DNA from: Planctomycetota bacterium
Lineage (GTDB): Bacteria; Planctomycetota; SZUA-567; H5-PLA8
Length of the DNA stretch: 26,999 nucleotides
NCBI GenBank assembly: GCA_045863855.1
Contig: BTVV01000080.1
Location: 1 to 26,999 of the forward strand
Reading direction: 5' to 3'
Below, piece after piece: positions 23,339 to 26,999 of this stretch. The notes beneath the pieces are model-generated. The model saw only the letters and a program-made list of their open reading frames with translations, had not been told where the DNA came from and searched no databases. A program made the position numbers and the translations under genes. Position 1 is the first letter of the stretch. Each line of letters starts with the position of its first letter.

Positions 23339-25648
23339 ATGAGACCGAAGACCGTGAAGATTCTGCTGCTCACGCCCGACCAAGCCGTCGCAGAAGCCCT
23401 GCAAAAGCTTGGCCGGGCACTCGGCTACACGGTGGCGGCAAGCCCTGAACCCGGGAAGCTGGCCGAACAGATTCCCGTCGAGCGCCCCGATGTCCTGGCC
23501 TTGGCCGGGAAGCTGGGGGCCGCCGACATCCTGGACACGCTCAATGTCGTTCATGCTCTGGATGCCGCTGCCCGCCCGCTCGTCTTGCTGGGCGTGCGGA
23601 AAGGAACCCTGACCCATCCTCTGCCCATGGCCTTGCGCGAAGGCCTCGAACTCGTTGCCGAGCCCGACGACTGGGAAGAATGGCGCTTGCGCCTGCGTCT
23701 GGCCGAGCACCTCCGCCGAGGCCACTCGGCGGACGAACCTCGTGCAACCGGCGGCGCCGCCGGCATGAACGCAAAGGCGGTCATGGAGTGCATCGATTCC
23801 GCGATGCTGATCCTCGACGCAGACACCGGCGAAATCGTGGAATCCAACAGCCGCGCCTTGGACTGGTTCGGCCTGGACCTCGAGCAGCTCATGGCCCTGG
23901 GCTCGCGCACCCTACGCCGTGACCCGGTGGGGACCAACGCCGTCTCACCGCTCGACGAAGCCCTGGCCGGCCGACGTCCCACCTACGAGTGGGACCTCGT
24001 CACCAAGTCCGGCCGCCGCATCACCGGCGAGATCGCCCTCACGCGCCTGCCGGGCGTCGAGCCGCGGCTGGTGCTCATCAGTGCGCACGACATCAGCGAG
24101 CGCAAACGGGCCGAAGCCGAGTTGCGCCGATCCGCCGAGGAATACCACCGCCTCTTCGAGGCCGCCAACGACGCGATCCTGGTTTTCGAACCCAAGTCCG
24201 GCCGGATCATGGAAGCCAACGAACGCACGTGCCACATGTACGGGTACGAGCGACACGAGCTGGTGGGGAGCAGCGTGGCCGTCTTCTGCACCGCAGTGAA
24301 GCCCGCAGAAGAGACCGTTCGCGAGATTCTCGAGGCCGACGGCAAGGAAATCGTGCACCGCAAGAAGTCCGGGCACCCGATCTGTGTGGAAGTCAACGCC
24401 ACGCCCGCGAACTACCAGGGGCGGGCGGCCGTCTTGGCCATCCACCGCGATGTGACCGAGCGCAAGCGCGCCGAGGAAAGTCTGCGCCTCTCTCAGAAAA
24501 TGGAAGCCATTGGGCAGCTGGCCGGCGGCGTCGCACACGACTTCAACAACCTGCTGCTCACTATTTCTGGCAACGCCGAATTGCTTATGCGCATCACGCC
24601 CGCCGAAGGCGCCGCTCGCGAGCATCTCGACGAGATACTCCTCGCCACCCATCGCGCCACCGACCTGACTCGCCAACTGCTCGCCTTCGGCCGGCGTCAG
24701 GTTCTCTCGGCCCGCGTGCTCGACCTCAATGCGCTGATCGGGGAGCTGCTCAAGATGCTCCGTCGCCTCATCCCCGAGTCGATCTTGATCGAGTTCAAAG
24801 CCCATCCGGAATTGGGCTTCATCAAGGCCGACCCTGCCCAGATCCAGCAAGTCGTCATGAATTTGGCCGTCAACGCCCGCGACGCCATGCCGCAGGGCGG
24901 GCGGATCATCCTGCGCACGCGCAACGCGGATCTCCACGATGGGCTCACGCGCCGCGAGGTTCAGGTTAAGCCGGGTCGCTACGCGGTGCTGGAAATGGAG
25001 GACAGCGGTGTCGGGATGGATCCGGCCGTCCTGAATCGTATCTTCGAGCCGTTCTTCACGACCAAGAGTGTCGGGCAAGGCACCGGCTTGGGGCTCTCCA
25101 CGGCCTACGGCATCGTGAAGCAAAGCGGCGGATACATTTTTGCCGACAGCGAACCCGGCAAAGGCGCTCGCTTCGAGATCTATCTGCCCCGCGTCGAAGG
25201 GCAGGCCATGCGCGACGGGAGGCGCACCACGACCATCGAGTTCATTCGCGGCAACGAAACCGTGCTCCTCGCTGAAGACGAGCCCAGCGTGCGCGACCTG
25301 GCCAAGACCGTGTTGAGTCTCAACGGCTATACGGTACTCGACGCCGAAGACGGCCTTGAAGCGCTCAATCGAGCCCTCGAACACCCAGGCGCCATCCAAC
25401 TGCTGATCACCGATGTGGTCATGCCGAATCTGGGAGGTTTGGAGCTCGCCGAGAAACTGCGCGAACGCTTCCCCGAGATGCGCATCCTCTTCACGTCCGG
25501 CTACACCGCCGATTCCGAAGCCGTCCAGCCCGTGCCCCAGCAGCACCAAGATTTCTTGCAGAAACCCTACTCGCTGATGGAGCTGCTTCAGAAAGTGCGC
25601 AAAATTCTCGATACCCCCGCCGCGTTACCCAGCGGCGAGAGTACATGA
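23339..25648 (+). CDS. hybrid histidine kinase: pseudo-receiver, PAS, PAS, HisKA, HATPase, REC
   Basis: Two PAS domains (ESNSRALDWFG; EANERTCHMYGY), AHDFNN, NLAVNARDAM, DSGVG, GTGLGL, C-terminal REC (EDE, TDVVMP, SGY, QKPY). The N-terminal REC-like domain lacks the catalytic residues. Confidence 0.92.
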   Translation: MRPKTVKILLLTPDQAVAEALQKLGRALGYTVAASPEPGKLAEQIPVERPDVLALAGKLGAADILDTLNVVHALDAAARPLVLLGVRKGTLTHPLPMALREGLELVAEPDDWEEWRLRLRLAEHLRRGHSADEPRATGGAAGMNAKAVMECIDSAMLILDADTGEIVESNSRALDWFGLDLEQLMALGSRTLRRDPVGTNAVSPLDEALAGRRPTYEWDLVTKSGRRITGEIALTRLPGVEPRLVLISAHDISERKRAEAELRRSAEEYHRLFEAANDAILVFEPKSGRIMEANERTCHMYGYERHELVGSSVAVFCTAVKPAEETVREILEADGKEIVHRKKSGHPICVEVNATPANYQGRAAVLAIHRDVTERKRAEESLRLSQKMEAIGQLAGGVAHDFNNLLLTISGNAELLMRITPAEGAAREHLDEILLATHRATDLTRQLLAFGRRQVLSARVLDLNALIGELLKMLRRLIPESILIEFKAHPELGFIKADPAQIQQVVMNLAVNARDAMPQGGRIILRTRNADLHDGLTRREVQVKPGRYAVLEMEDSGVGMDPAVLNRIFEPFFTTKSVGQGTGLGLSTAYGIVKQSGGYIFADSEPGKGARFEIYLPRVEGQAMRDGRRTTTIEFIRGNETVLLAEDEPSVRDLAKTVLSLNGYTVLDAEDGLEALNRALEHPGAIQLLITDVVMPNLGGLELAEKLRERFPEMRILFTSGYTADSEAVQPVPQQHQDFLQKPYSLMELLQKVRKILDTPAALPSGEST

Positions 25649-25806
25649 CCTAGGGTCGGTTCATCCTGAGCGTTCGTGTCGCGCCAGCAGGCGCCGAGCG
25701 GGCAGACAGGGAGAATAGGAATGCAGGAAGCGCCCGGTGTAAAACCGGGAGTGATGGAAAACCAGGAATGGGATAGGGGTACGAAAGGCTAGGTCCGGAC
25801 GGAGGC

Positions 25807-26130
25807 TTAACCGTCCAGGTCGACGAAAGGTGCCACCTCGCCGGCCGTGCTCTCCAGGACGCCGCGATCGTTGTAAAAGCCCGACGCCAGCATCCGCTTG
25901 GCCGCTTCCACCACCTCGGGCCGCACTTCTTCAAGTTGCTCGGCTTCCGTCGTCGCTTGTGCCAGCGCCTTGGCTTCCGAAGAGACTTCGACCCGGTCGC
26001 CCGAACTCCGCGCATCCAATGCGCCGCCCGCGCCCTCGGCGGCAGCGCGCTCGGCGCGGTCCGCGATCGATACGCCCGATTGCGGCCCGTGGGGCTGACT
26101 GCTGAGCGGTCCAATTCCGTTCGTGGCCAA
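25807..26130 (-). CDS. flgM: anti-sigma28 factor FlgM
   Basis: Disordered N-terminus, DRVEVSSEA, EVRPEVVEAAKRMLASGFY (R..KV..LK..I..G.Y-like). TTG start behind GAGGT; own sigma28 promoter. Confidence 0.8.
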   Translation of the reverse strand: MATNGIGPLSSQPHGPQSGVSIADRAERAAAEGAGGALDARSSGDRVEVSSEAKALAQATTEAEQLEEVRPEVVEAAKRMLASGFYNDRGVLESTAGEVAPFVDLDG

Positions 26131-26160
26131 GGCGACACCTCGCTTCTCGTTCCGTAGCTC

Positions 26161-26187
26161 TCATCGGCACCAAAGCGCCGCACCTGA
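26161..26187 (-). promoter_or_regulatory. sigma28 promoter of flgM
   Basis: TCAG-N15-GCCGATGA. Confidence 0.75.
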
Positions 26188-26232
26188 GGGCTGCTTGCGA
26201 AGATTTCCGCAAGAACCACACAACTTACTACA

Positions 26233-26245
26233 TATCAAGGACTTG
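26233..26245 (+). promoter_or_regulatory. IHF-consensus site
   Basis: TATCAAGGACTTG is an exact match to WATCAA-N4-TTR, preceded by an AT-rich tract. Confidence 0.5.
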
Positions 26246-26999
26246 CTATATCTTCGGCATCTTCTCCATCAACGCAGGCAACTGCCCCAGGAACTCCGTC
26301 ACTTCGGTTGGCTCCAAACCCAGATCCTGGGCCAGCGGGTACTCCAGCACGTCCACCTCACCGGGCTCTTCGGCAAAGCCCAGGGACGAAAGCGCGCGGT
26401 CGGCCAGGACCACCGTCGCAAGGCTGTTGCAGTAATCGTCCGTTTGCGCCGCTTGCGGCATGCGCAGATGAACCTGCGCCTTCACGCCTTCCCAATCGTT
26501 GACGGAGTGGTGGCTGCTCATGGTCAGGTGCGCTTCCAGAGGCAACTGCCATGTGTTCAAGAGCGCCAAGCCGGTCCGCACGTGATGCCGCTCCACCAGC
26601 CCTTCGACGAACTCTTTGCGCACCGTCGCGTCGCGTTCCAGCGCCTGCTGCACGAGCAACAGCGCCGGAACTTTGCCGATGTCGTGCAGCAACCCCGCTG
26701 TAAAGGCTCGGTCGGCCGGCAGGTTCAGCCGCGTGGCAAAGGATTGGGCAACCATCGCGCAACCCAGCGCGTGATCGAAGATGCTCTGCGCGGAGGAGTT
26801 CAGCCGCTTGTCCTTAAAGACCGTCGAATGCAGCGCCACCGACATGACCAGGTTGCGGATCTCGCGCAGCCCCAAGCGGTTTAACGCCTGCACGACCGTC
26901 GTGATCTCCACACGGCCGCCGTAGTACGACGAATTCGCCATGCGCAGGAACTTGGCCGTCAGCACCGGATCGTGCTGCACCAATCCGCCGATGTCTTTC
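26246..26999 (-). CDS. HDOD domain protein (partial, continues beyond the right edge)
   Basis: Frame open to the edge (KDIGGLVQHDPVLTAKFLRMANSSYYG), HAL, AGLLHDIGK, H...G..L...WQLP, HH. Confidence 0.9.
   Translation of the reverse strand, partial: KDIGGLVQHDPVLTAKFLRMANSSYYGGRVEITTVVQALNRLGLREIRNLVMSVALHSTVFKDKRLNSSAQSIFDHALGCAMVAQSFATRLNLPADRAFTAGLLHDIGKVPALLLVQQALERDATVRKEFVEGLVERHHVRTGLALLNTWQLPLEAHLTMSSHHSVNDWEGVKAQVHLRMPQAAQTDDYCNSLATVVLADRALSSLGFAEEPGEVDVLEYPLAQDLGLEPTEVTEFLGQLPALMEKMPKI

Noticed and set aside
1..26999. CRISPR arrays, tRNA or rRNA genes
   Set aside because: No regularly spaced repeats or structural RNA signatures seen; the only long repeat is the flagellin duplication.

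Overview
High-GC bacterial DNA, almost entirely a flagellar gene cluster of a diderm organism (flgH and flgI present). The taxon cannot be fixed from the sequence. The minus strand carries: partial HDOD gene, flgM, flgF-G-A-H-I-J-N-K-L-fliW-csrA, a methyltransferase-Maf fusion, two tandem minimal flagellins, a degenerate histidine-kinase-like gene plus an orphan (in the usual flaG slot), fliD-fliS-fliT, and an operon of sigma54 response regulator, lipoprotein and PAS hybrid kinase. The plus strand carries a second hybrid kinase with a pseudo-receiver and another HDOD gene. A 5'-truncated IS21 istB remnant lies at the left edge. Three sigma54-type promoters, five sigma28-type promoters, one sigma70 promoter and three intrinsic terminators can be read directly. 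The main candidate novelties are: (1) a sigma28-controlled ChpT-like pseudokinase that could link two HPt-less hybrid kinases to a sigma54 activator; (2) a SAM methyltransferase fused to a Maf-type flagellin glycosyltransferase next to flagellins whose central region has no lysine; (3) an expanded CsrA circuit, with ANGGA hairpin arrays in both flagellin leaders and the fliS leader, an N55T CsrA and a GGA-rich intergenic tract. All functional assignments come from motif recognition by eye; no searches were run.
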